Shown here piece after piece: positions 12,337-22,989 of a stretch of DNA of 64,000 bases. The translations under genes and the position numbers were made by a program. This DNA comes from Gekko japonicus (Eukaryota). The stretch covers positions 59,087 through 123,086 of the forward strand of contig NW_015166485.1 in the NCBI RefSeq assembly GCF_001447785.1, in the 5' to 3' direction. How positions within the stretch are numbered: the stretch's first letter is position 1; every line of letters begins with the position of its first letter. The notes under the pieces were generated by a model. The model was not told the origin of the DNA. It saw only the letters and a program-made list of their open reading frames with translations, and made no database searches.

Positions 12337-13675
12337 AAGAACATAAGAGAAGCCAATGTTGGATCAGGCCAATGGCCCAACCAGTCCAACTCTGTCACAC
12401 AGTGGCCAAAAATACCAGGTGCCATCAGGAGGTCCAGCAGTGGGGCCAGGACACTAGAAGCCCGTCCACTCTTGCCCCCCCCCCAAGCACCAAGAATACA
12501 GAGCACCCATTGCCCCAGACTGAGAGTTCCTATCTATACCTTGTGACTAATAGCCACTGATGGACCTTTGCTCCATATGTTTATCTAATTCCCTCTTGAA
12601 GCCGCCCATGCTTGTAGCTGCCACCACCTCCTGTGGCAGCGAATTCCATGTGTTAATCACTCTTTGGGTGAAGAAGCACTTCCTTTTATCTGTTCTAACC
12701 CAACTGCTCAGTAATTTCATTGAGTGCCCATGAGTTCTTGTATTGTGAGAAAGGGAGAAAAGTACCTCTTTCTCTACCTGCTGTATCCCATGCATAATCT
12801 TATAAACCTCGATCATGTCACCCCTCAGCCGTCATTTCTCCAAGCTAAAGAGCCCCAAGCGTTTGAACCTTTCTTCACAGGGAAAGTGTTCCAATCCTTT
12901 TATCAGTCTAGTTGCCCTTTTCTGCACTTTTCCCTATGCTATAATATCCTTTTTGAAGTGTGGTGACCAAAACTATACACAGTACTCCAAATGAGGTCGC
13001 ACCATCGATCTAAATAGGGGCATTATGATACTGGCTGATTTGTTTTCAATTCCCTTCCTAATAATTGCCAGCATAGTGTTGGCCTTTTTTATTGCAGTCG
13101 CACACTGTCTCGACATTTTCAGTGAGTTATCTACTACGACTCCCAAGATCTCTCTCTTGGTCAGTCTCTGCCAGTTCGGACCCCATCAACATGTATTTAT
13201 AGTTAGGATTTTTTGCTCCAATGTGCATCACTTTGCACTTGGCCACATTGAACCCCATTTGCCACGGTAACGCCCACTCGTACATCCTCGACAGATCCCT
13301 TTGGAGTGCCTCACAATCCTCCCTGGTTCTCACCACCCTGAACAACTTTGTGTCATCTGCAAATTTAGCCACTTCACTGCTTACTCCCAACTCCAAATCA
13401 TTAATAAACCAGTTAAAAAGCATCGGACTAAGTACTAATCCCTGTGGTACTCCACTGCTTACCACCCTCCACTGAGAAAATTGCCTGTTTATACTCACTC
13501 TGTTTCCTATTAATTAGCCAGTTTTTGATCCACAAAAGGACTTGTCCTTTTATCCCGTGACTATGGAGCTTGCTTAGGAGCCTTTGATGAGGAACTTTAT
13601 CAAAAGCTTTCTGGAAGTCAAGCTAAACAACATCTATTGGGTCCCCCTTGTCCACATGTTCGTTCACTCCCTCAA
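12337..13675 (-). mobile_element. 5'-truncated CR1 LINE (RT C-terminal part plus 3' UTR), decayed
   Basis: Peptides SGVPQGLVLSPMLFNWFINDL, KFADDTKL, MGFNVAKCKVMHIG, FFTQRVINTWNSLP split by stops/frameshifts; TAAGAACATAAGA tail at ~12337. Confidence 0.92.
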
Positions 13676-15299
13676 AGAACACTAACCTTGCACAAATCCA
13701 GAGTACTGCTCTCTATATAATAAACCTGTATTCCTATAGAACATGGCCGTACAGTACTAGACACAGCACCATCCAACAGTGGTTTTTTTGTTTTAAAGAT
13801 TCCAAACCAAGCTAACTCCATAGGAACCATCACTTCGGCCACACTGCTGTAATGAACCGGGGGTAGTTTGCACCATATTAATAAAACTGCAATGTTTTGC
13901 ACTCCCAGGCTGGAAGGCAGCCTTCCTTCCTAACTTCCCCCTCCCTGATTTTTTTTGCATTCCTACCATGGTGACAGTTTCCTGACTCCACTGCAGTTTT
14001 GGCTTCCCACTCCCTTTTCACAGCGCCATTCCCCTCCATCTCCCCCCTCCTCCTGCCCAAGAAGAAGCTGCTCCTGCAGCCACGTCAAACCTTGCCGTTC
14101 GCCGTTGTCTCCCTGGCGCGTCGGCTGCTGGCTTTGTTTTCATTAAAGAGTGGGCATGGTGGGGATGCTGCTGGGTGCCTGGCCGTGGAGATCCGCTTGC
14201 AACAGGAAGGTCCCTTCATGATTAAGACCCTTCCACAACTGCACTTCCTTCTAAGTCCTTTCTAGGACGCCGCAGCTGTGCAAACTCTACGATTTTAACT
14301 CAGTCGTTTCCCTCACCCTGGAACGGCCATATGACCCTAGTTTGCAGGGACACGATCCCTTGTTCTCCTGCACTGCAACCCAATTCACTGTAACTTTTTA
14401 TTTCAAGCAGCGGTGACGAAATCTTTTCCTTGCCTTTGACATTTTATCCTGGTAATCCTCCCACAAGTGCTTGTTTTAGCATGCTCAATGGGTTTTAGAA
14501 GGGCATGACCCCGTCCAGAATTGTACTCTTAATCTGATGTTACTAGCACGACTCGTAATGTAACAAGTGTCAAGCCGCAAGCAAAGAATGACAGACCGGA
14601 CCGCAACTAGGCTGGAGGGTGTGGGTGCGGTTCAGTTTAGAGAGGGAGCGAGATCCCGTTTCGATGGTGGCCCTGAATCTCACTGCTAGAGCCCGCCGCG
14701 ATCCAGTCATTACATATCCCCGTCCCTTTCCCTCTAGATCAGCTCTGCATTTTTCATGCTGAATATTAATTTTAATTAACGGTGCAACCCTGAACAGAGG
14801 CACACCCTTCCAAGCGCACCGACTTTGACAGATTTCGAAGGGCGTAACGCCCTTTAGGACTGCTGTTATAATTATTCTAATATTCCGAGTATTTCCGTAT
14901 TATTTGCGCCGGCGGAGCAGGGTGCAATTTTCGTTCAGACTAGGGGTGGAAGGAATAGAAAGCTTCCCGGTTTCCACGGCGGCGGTTACGGATTCTTATT
15001 GTTTCCGTTTGGGTCTGGGTAAAAGTCGGGTATAAATGGATCCTCATGGATTCATATGATTTTTACACTGAAACGAAATAAAGCCACCATCATATTGTAG
15101 GCCATGTGTTAGTCTACAGGGGGCACCCAGAGATTCGTGGCGCCACAGCAGCACAAACACATGATTCCAAAGGACGGATCCTCGTGAATTCATATGATTT
15201 CTATGCTGGAATGAAATAAAACCTACATCATACTGTAGACCATGTCTTAGACTATAGGCAGCACTCCAAAAATCATGCCCCCATGAATTCGTGGCTCCA

Positions 15300-17040
15300 C
15301 AAAACTGCAAAAACATGGTTCCAAAGCACGGATCCTCATGGATCCTCAGGGTTTTTCAATTGGGTCACCCGAAACACACCATCAAATCACATAACATGTC
15401 GACGGCCACAGCTTGCACCACAAAAATCACAGATCCACGGCTTTGTGGTGACACCATTCTGTAAAAACATGATTTTGAAGCACGGATCCTCATGGATGCT
15501 TGGTTTTTTTGTGTTGGGACACCCCAAACATACCATGAAATCCCATATCATGGCCATGGCCACAGCCCGCACCACAGAAATCACGGTGCTACGGCTCTGT
15601 GGCAACTCCATGCTGCAAAAACATGGTTTTGAAGCACGGATCCCCATGGACCCTTATGATTTTTGCATTGTGTCACCCCAACATCACCATCAAATAATAT
15701 GCCTTGTCCATGGCCACAGAATGCACCACAGAAATCATATGTCCACTGCTCCGTGGCGACCCCATTCTGCAAAAAAATGGTTCCAAAGCACGGATCTTGG
15801 TGGATCCTCACGGTTTTTCAATTGGGTCACCCCAAACACACCATGAAATCACATAGCACATCCCCGGCCACAACTTGCACCACAAAAATCACAGATCCAC
15901 AGCTTCGTGGTGAATCCATTCTGCAAAAACATGATTCTAGAGCACGGATCCTTATGGATCCTTGGGGATTTTGTGTTGGGACATCCCAAACATACCATTA
16001 AATCCCATATCATATCCATGGCCACAGCCTGCACCATAGAATTCATGCTGCCACGGCTTCGTGGCATGCTGCAAAAACATGATTCCAAAGCACGGATCCT
16101 CATGGATCCTCAAGGTTTTTGTGTTGGGTCACCCCAACATCACCATTAAATTACATACCTTGTCCATGGCCACAGAATGCACCACAGAAATCACATGTCT
16201 ACGGCTGAAGCCAAAATATGGTTCTGGAGCATGGATCCTCATGAATGCTTTGGGATTTTGTGTTGGGACACCCCAAACATATCATTAAATCCCATACCAT
16301 GGCCATGGCCACTACTTACACCACAGTATTAATGGGTCCCCGGCTTCGTGGCAACACCATGTGCAAAAACATGGTTCTGAAGCATGGATACTCATGGATC
16401 CTCAGTGTTTCTGTGTTGGGTCACCATGTACTCACCATCACATCACATATCATGTCCACGGACACAGCTTGCACCACAAAAGCCATGGATCCATGGCTTC
16501 GTGGCAACACCATGAAGCCAAAACATGGTTCTGGCGCATGGGTCCTCATGGATTCTTGGGGGTTTTGTGTTGGAACACCTAAACATACCATTAAATCCCA
16601 TATCATGTCCATGGCCACTACTTGCTCCACAGAATTCATGGATTCACGGCTTCGTGGCAACATGCTGCGAAAATATCGTTCCAAAGCACGATTCCCATGG
16701 ATCCTCAAGGCTTTTGCGTTGGGTCACCATGAATACACCAACAAATCCCATCTGATGTCCATGGGCACAGGTTGCACCACAAAAGTAATGGATCCACTGC
16801 TTCACAGCAACACCATGAAGCCAAAACATGGTTCTGAAGCATGGATCCTCATGGATCCTCGAGGTTTTTGCAATGGGACACCCCAAACACACCATCAAAT
16901 CACATATCATGTCCACGGGAAGTTTGAACCACAGAAATTATGGATCCACAGCTTCATGGCAACACCATGAAGCAAAAACGTGTTTTGGAAGAACGGATCC
17001 TCAAGGTTTTTGCAATGGGGCTCCCCAAACACACGATCTA
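15300..17040 (+). repeat. Tandem array of ~11 monomers of ~154 bp inside the MULE
   Basis: Marker CA(C/T)GGATCCTCATGGAT recurs (imperfectly) at 15327, 15481, 15635, 15789, 15943, 16091, 16230, 16383, 16537, 16687, 16840, ~16992. Confidence 0.92.
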
Positions 17041-17049
17041 ATCACATTG

Positions 17050-17515
17050 CCGCTCGGCCATCACACGCGAGAGGTCATTCTGGCTCCCCCAGATCTTGTT
17101 AGGGGCTCTTTAAAAGTTATGGCTGTCAGCGGTAGCAGCAACACTAATGGCTGCCCACAGCGGCAACAGGGGGGGAGGGGCATGAAATGTTCCCCCACCT
17201 CTCTGAGCCCTGGGGTGGTGGCCTTGGAGTCCTAGGGGCAATTTCCACCTCTTGCGATCACACGCAAGAGGTCATTCTGGCTCCCCCAGATCTTGTTAGG
17301 GGCTCTTTAAAAATTTATGGTTGCCCGCGGCGGTGCTAATGGCAGTTGCAACGGCGGGGGGAGGGGGCGCAAAATGTCCCCCTGCCTCTCTGAGCCCTGG
17401 GGTGGTGGCCTTGGAGTCCGAGGGGCAAATTCCGCCTCTCGCTTGTGATGGCCGAGTGGCGTTGCCGCACCGCCATCACGCACGAGAGGTCATTCTGGCT
17501 CCCCCAGGTCTTGTT
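17050..17515 (+). repeat. Second, GC-rich ~200-bp tandem repeat (2 full units plus a partial) inside the MULE
   Basis: GAGGTCATTCTGGCTCCCCCAG occurs three times, spaced ~197 and ~217 bp. Confidence 0.85.
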
Positions 17516-17864
17516 TTTGCAGTTTTGTGGTGCCACGAATTCGTGGGGACATGAGTTTTGTAGTGCCTCCTATAGTCGAAGACATGGTCTACACGATGAT
17601 GTTGGTTTTATTTCATTCCAGCGTAGAAATCATATGAATACACGAGGATCCGTCCTTTGGAATAATGTTTTTGCGCTGTTGTGGTGCCACAAATCTGTAG
17701 GAGCGTGGTTTTTGTGGTGCCCCCTATGTAACACATGGCCTACAATATGATGGTGGTTTTATTTCGTTTCAATGTAAAAATCATATGAATTCATGAGGAT
17801 CCATGTAGATCGGACTTTTACCCTTTTCCTTTCCGTTTTGCACACGGGATGAGACACCCCGGTC

Positions 17865-18066
17865 CAGTGTTCCCTCTAAGCTGAGTGTGAGCTAGCTCAC
17901 CGTTTTTAAACCTCCAGCTCACACATTCTTGTCTTAGCTCAGGAAGGAGGGCTCCAGAGCAAACTAATATGTGCAGTAGCCCAATCGCTCACTCGCAACT
18001 TGAATGCCAGTAGCTCACAAAGTAGAATTTTTGCTCACAAGACTCCACAGCTTAGAGGGAGCATTG
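17865..18066. mobile_element. hAT MITE (202 bp)
   Basis: Exact 8-bp TSD CCCCGGTC (17857-17864, 18067-18074); TIRs CAGTGTTCCCTCTAAG / CTTAGAGGGAGCATTG. Confidence 0.88.
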
Positions 18067-18499
18067 CCCCGGTCCCTTATACACCATGGAGAAACCCCCC
18101 CCCCCGCCGCCAGCAGCCCATCGTCGCATTTCCGATGCTATTTCATTCCATCCCGTGACACTTTAAGCCAGACCGGTCATCCAGGTCCCACAATCCCCAA
18201 GTCCATTATAATCTAGACCACCCTGCAACTGAAATATCGACATCCATTCCTGAACCTCGTATGTCTCCATACACCCGGGGCTGCTGCTAGTGGACCGTCT
18301 TGCACGTCCCGTGAAATCCCACCCATACCTCTAAGCCATTCCAGTTTGCAATCTGCAGATACGTTCCTATAAAGAGGCAAAGTTCCTTTACTGAAAAGTG
18401 TGTCTCTCCGGGAGAAAGGCGGGCGAAGCATGGACAGGAATATGGTTGCCTGTTTCAGACACCTCCCTCATCCACACATTCACGTCGCCATTCATTTTT

Positions 18500-18700
18500 T
18501 AAGCGCGCGACAGCCAGCCAGACATTGCAACTTCGCGCGACTCATCCGGCTCCTCATTGTTCTAACCTTTTTTTCGTCTAGCGCGCCCACCCGCCTGCCC
18601 TTTTGACTCCGCCCCCGTCTCTGTGAGCCCTATAAATACTTTCCGCCTCACGCGCTGAAGTCATTTTCCCGCCCACGAGCGACGGTTGTAGCCAGTTCCG
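18500..18700 (+). promoter_or_regulatory. CpG-rich Pol II promoter-like region with GC box, TATA and Inr
   Basis: CCGCCCC at ~18609, TATAAAT at 18631, TCATTTT (Inr) at 18661 exactly 30 nt later, E2F-like TTCGCGCG at ~18532. Confidence 0.6.
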
Positions 18701-20730
18701 GGGCTGGTGCCGCTGTTAAGCGACTCCCTATAACTATAAGCCAGCAGTTTTACCTCAGAGTCAGACTCTTCATATAGTGACGGAATCAAATAAACAAAAT
18801 TTAAAGTGTGCCTGTGGAAGAAAAGAGAGAAGGGAGGGGACCCTCTTCTGCTTTTCATCCCTCAGTATAAGGAGTAGCACATCAGATAACTTTCCCACAT
18901 GGTGGTAGAGTGGCCATCTAGGGATGGCGGTGACCAAAAACACAAACAAAAACCAGACAAGAGCTCTTCTTAAAACTTACAGAATTTACCTAATGGATGA
19001 GCCATACTACAAAAAGAATTCATTTATTTCTTGATATACAGTTGGCCAAGCTTCCAAATGAGAAATACAAGAACCACAAAGTCTACATATGCTAATTTAC
19101 ACTCTTGGATGCAAATCTATACCAAATTACTATAAATAGAAATACAATTTACGACAGTGCCAGCAAAGTCTAGGGCAGCAGCAAGAGCTCTGCTTCTTGA
19201 ATGACAGTCTGTTACTCAGATGTTAACGAAAAGCTTCAGCCAAAAACAAACCCACTTCAGCCTTTTTTTACTAGACAGAAGTGGTACCTGGGAAATCTCA
19301 GATGACAAGCCACAAAAAACCAGCATTATCCTCTGAGAAAGCAGGCATCCAGTTACCCTACGTAGTGATGAAATACATTACTGTGATGACGCAGGACAGG
19401 GTAGGCTGCCCCCAGCTCATGTGCCAAGCAGTGCCACACAAGACCATTTTGCTCAGCAGGTGGGGCTGATCCTTCACCCAGAGCACTGAGGCAAGTACTG
19501 AGGTGCTTGCCAGTGCTTCTGTGACTCAGCTTGTCCTCAGTGTGTCTGGCCCAGTAGAACCTTTTTATCTCTTTTGCTTCCTTTTGTTTGCCAGCACACC
19601 AACAGCTTCATAGATGGATGGTGCTGCACTTCGGGGTAATGCAGGACTTTTATCATTGCTGAAGATGATCACACATACTGACTCCACTGAAGTAGAGCAC
19701 CAAGACACATCTAACGAATTAGCCGTACTATAAAAGGAATTAATTTATTTCTTGATATACACCACTCAGCCAAGGTTCCAAATGAGAAATACAAAAACCG
19801 TAAGTAATCTGGCATTCCGCTAGACTCTGCCAGCTGTTGGATCTCTCCTGAGAAAGGTCATCTCTGTTTGTTTTGGCTGCAACGGCCTCCTGGAAAAGAA
19901 GCATTTGCCAAATAGGAACATAAAACCCGGAAGTTGGTAGCTATCTGCAACCAAAGAGTGGGGCTGGTAGCTGTGGATGCATGCCCATTACGAATCCCAG
20001 CAACTGGCAACACCAGCTTCTCATATTCTTTCAGGTACTGACAGATGCTGAATTATTCAGTGAAACTAGACAAACAAACCAGAGCTCTCTGCAGTCATTA
20101 AGAGCACAGACTATATATTTCATGAAGGTTCGGCAACTGGCTGTAATGAAAAACACACAGAAAGAATAAACATGGGGCTTTCTCCTTCTCCTTTTTGCTA
20201 CTATTGCCCCATGATTTTAATGCTCCATGATGTGTGTCAGGGGCCTTTTGTCAACGTGAATACCTCAGATGGGCCATCTGTTTTTATGTTGTCAGTTACT
20301 CTTTAGAAAACTTACTTGTACAGACAAATGCTGAGAAAACTCCCCCTTCTTTACAAATAGTATATGAACTATGATAAGAGATGGAGCTTAAATTCTTCAG
20401 AATCACAACTATGCCCTGGATAGCCCTAACTCTTTACATGGTGTGTGATTGTGGTAACTCACTACAATAATAAAGAACACTGCAAATTATCCAAGGCCAC
20501 CTCTTCCACTACAGCCGTATGGTACGCATGAGAAATTTATAAGCCCAAGTAGTAGATATTGTGGAAGAGTCAAATACAAGGGCCTGAACTCTTCGAAGCA
20601 GATTCTGAGGCCTGCCAACTAAACTCCTGCTTTTCTAGCTGTAAAACCTGGCACAACCTATTGGTAACTGGAATAGAAACAGTCAGATCTCGTTTCCCAA
20701 AATGTGGATCACGATGATCCCACTAGGGCT

Positions 20731-21266
20731 TATAACAGGGCTGAAAGTCTCTTGAGCTTCTTCAAGCTGAAGACAGTGGCATTAGGAGAGGAGGTGTGGT
20801 ACTGGTGAAGGAGGATCTTGTCAGGCTTTGAAGCAACACAGGGAGATGAAGGAATCTAGGCAAGTGAAGAAGTGGCGCAAGGGTTGCATGAGCTGGACCT
20901 GTAAGCCCCCTGATATTTCAAGGTTGGATGCACAGGGAAAATAAGGAGGAAGCAAAATTTCATAAAGTTTGAGAAGACACTGCAAGAATACATTTATTAC
21001 AGTGCAAGAAACACACATAATTTCCCTTTATAATAGGGCTGAAAGTCTCTTGAGTTTCTTCAAGCTGAAGACAGTGGCATTAGGGGATGAAGGAATCTAG
21101 GCAAAGAAGTGGTGCAAGGGTTGCATGAGCTGGACCTGTAAGCCCCCTGATATTTCAAGGTTGGATGTACAGGGAAAATAAGGAGGAAGCAAAATTTCAT
21201 AAAGTTTGAGAAGACACTGCAACAATACATTTATTACAGTGCAAGAAACACACATAATTTCCCTTT
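20731..21266. repeat. Tandem duplication (~300 bp plus ~238 bp) in the BORCS6 3' region
   Basis: TATAA(C/T)AGGGCTGAAAGTCTCTTGAG...ACACACATAATTTCCCTTT occurs twice; the second copy lacks ~60 nt. Confidence 0.9.
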
Positions 21267-21369
21267 TGGAGTCTGAATCACAGCAGACCGAGTGTTCTCT
21301 CTGTCCCCCTGCCCTCTGGCCTTTGCCCCCCACTGCTGAGCAAGTTCACTCCTCCTCCTGAAAGGGGCA

Positions 21370-22092
21370 TTACTTGCAAAGCGCCTCAAAGATCTCTAGT
21401 GTCCGCTTGATCTCCCGGATCTGTTTCGCAAGAGTATGGACCGGCTGCATGGACCGGTCCAGCTCCTCACACCTGGCCATCAGGGTGTACATCCCTTTGA
21501 TGCTCATGTCCACGGATTCACCCAAGCTGTCCACAGCATCCCGGTAAGTCTGGATGTAGCCCACGCTCAAGGCCGTCATGTTCTGGACGGAGCCGTTCAA
21601 GACTCTCAGCATCTGGTCCACTCTCTGAGCCACATCCCTGGTCAGCCTCTCCAGATCCCGGATCACCTCTGGGTCGATCGGAGGGATGTCTGCGGCTTTG
21701 CCCCGTACAGACAGCTGCGAAGACATCGTGGAGGAGGAGGTGGGCTCCGTGTCATCCAGGCTGCCCCTGGAACTCATCTTGATCTTCATCTGCAGATTGT
21801 TGGCCACAAAGTGGGTCAGGTCCCCATCGTGGCTCACGGTCCCCTCCAGCTCCAGGGCGCTGGATATGGTGGCCCTCCTGCCTTCCTGGGCCTTGGAGGC
21901 TCCATACACCTGGCTGATCCCATCCAGGCTATGACTGTCCAACAAACGGCCTCCCACCATCCTTTCCCGGGCTGCCACTCGGACCGGATTGGGCAGCTTC
22001 CTGGATTCTTCCCCTGCCACAGAGGACGAGGAGGAGGAGGAGGAGACCGGCGTCTGGATGTGCACCTGAGCCATTATGTGCTGCCCCTCCAT
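21370..22092 (-). CDS. BORCS6: BLOC-1-related complex subunit 6 (Lyspersin), intronless, 240 aa
   Basis: RRATISSALELEGTVS..GDLTHFVANNLQ, IPPIDPEVIRDLERL, TALSVG.IQTYRDAVDSLGE.VDMSIKGMYTL.ARCEEL and the C-terminal EALCK* match the recalled BORCS6 sequence; ATG at 22092 in gtgATGg context (the ORF-track start at 22164 is non-ATG). Confidence 0.95.
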   Translation of the reverse strand: MEGQHIMAQVHIQTPVSSSSSSSSVAGEESRKLPNPVRVAARERMVGGRLLDSHSLDGISQVYGASKAQEGRRATISSALELEGTVSHDGDLTHFVANNLQMKIKMSSRGSLDDTEPTSSSTMSSQLSVRGKAADIPPIDPEVIRDLERLTRDVAQRVDQMLRVLNGSVQNMTALSVGYIQTYRDAVDSLGESVDMSIKGMYTLMARCEELDRSMQPVHTLAKQIREIKRTLEIFEALCK

Positions 22093-22259
22093 CACGCCGC
22101 CGAGAAGCAAGAACGAGAGCGGGAGCAGCGACGGAAGCCAGCCGCAGAGACCGGGAGAGCTCAAGGAGGGGCTTGGGAAGAAGAAGAAGAGCTTGGCGAT
22201 CAGGCGCGAGGATGATTCCCTCTTTCCAGTCCCTGCATCTCAGCGACCAGTGGACTCCC

Positions 22260-22470
22260 TGCGCCTTTAATGGGCGGGGAAATCTACCCGTAAGGGGCGG
22301 AAGAAAAGCACAGGTTGGTTAAGGAGGACGGACGGAGGCTTCTCATTGGCTGTCCTTGTCCGGGAAAGAAATAATCGGCAAGAAGAAACGTCGGTGGAAG
22401 GGGCGCTCTCCTTCCGGACCGGCTCTTCTGCCGGAAGGAATTCTACACAAGGTAACGTGCTTGATTCGCC
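22260..22470. promoter_or_regulatory. BORCS6 CpG promoter
   Basis: GGGCGGGG, GGGGCGGAAG, CCGGAAG (ETS-type) and ATTGG (CCAAT) motifs in CpG-rich DNA just upstream of the ATG. Confidence 0.65.
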
Positions 22471-22601
22471 CGGAAAAACGGGGAGGGAAGGTGCAGGATC
22501 CGCCTATGGAAGCCCTGGGAAAGCCTTAAAGGGGGTGGCGACAATTAACGTAACAAATTGGATTAAAAAGCCGTGCTTGTTTTGGTTATATATATATTTT
22601 A

Positions 22602-22760
22602 AAAGGTAAAGGTTCCCTTGCTCGAAAGCCAGTCGAATCCGACTCTAGGGTTGCGCTGCTCATCTCCGTTTCCAAGCCGAAGAGCCAGCGCTGTCTGAAG
22701 ACGTTTCCGTGGTCATGTGGCCGGCATGACTAAACACCAAGGCGCACGGAACGCTGTTAT
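22602..22760 (-). mobile_element. Sauria SINE 3' fragment
   Basis: AAAGGTAAAGG tail (reverse of ACCTTT repeats) and body shared with the 57036-57387 copy. Confidence 0.8.
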
Positions 22761-22873
22761 TTTATTATATATTTTAAGGTAATGCAATTCCCCGGCTCCC
22801 CCGTTTTCTGCATTGCTTCTGGCGGGAATCGGTTATCCCCCCACACACGCCTTTGGTTTGGACGGTAGCTGTA

Positions 22874-22989
22874 GGCTGCGGTCACACACACTAAATAATC
22901 CACTTTTTAATGCACTTTCCAACTGGATTTTGCTAGTTCACACAGCAAAATCTAGTTGGAAAGTGTTTAGTGTGTGACCGTCCGCAGCC
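22874..22989. mobile_element. Palindromic MITE (PIF/Harbinger-like)
   Basis: GGCTGCGG...CCGCAGCC termini, internal inverted repeats, 3-bp GTA on both flanks. Confidence 0.6.

Larger units (their letters stand above)
15011..17829. mobile_element. Non-autonomous Mutator-like (MULE)/Foldback-type DNA transposon
   Basis: Exact 9-bp TSD TTTCCGTTT (15002-15010, 17830-17838); GG...CC termini; ~300-bp imperfect TIRs (GGGTAAAAGTC at 15017, GACTTTTACCC ending 17823). Confidence 0.85.

Noticed and set aside
15283-17235. Repetitive ORFs (up to 241 aa, KHGSSWIL repeats) and a CRISPR-like look of the array
   Set aside because: The 154-bp period is not a multiple of 3 and ORFs occur in all frames; whole units are homologous with no unique spacers, and the DNA is vertebrate
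19360-19500. Two TGATGA (C-box-like) motifs suggesting a C/D snoRNA such as U8, which neighbours BORCS6 in human
   Set aside because: No terminal stem or recognisable U8 sequence; an Infernal/Rfam hit would be needed
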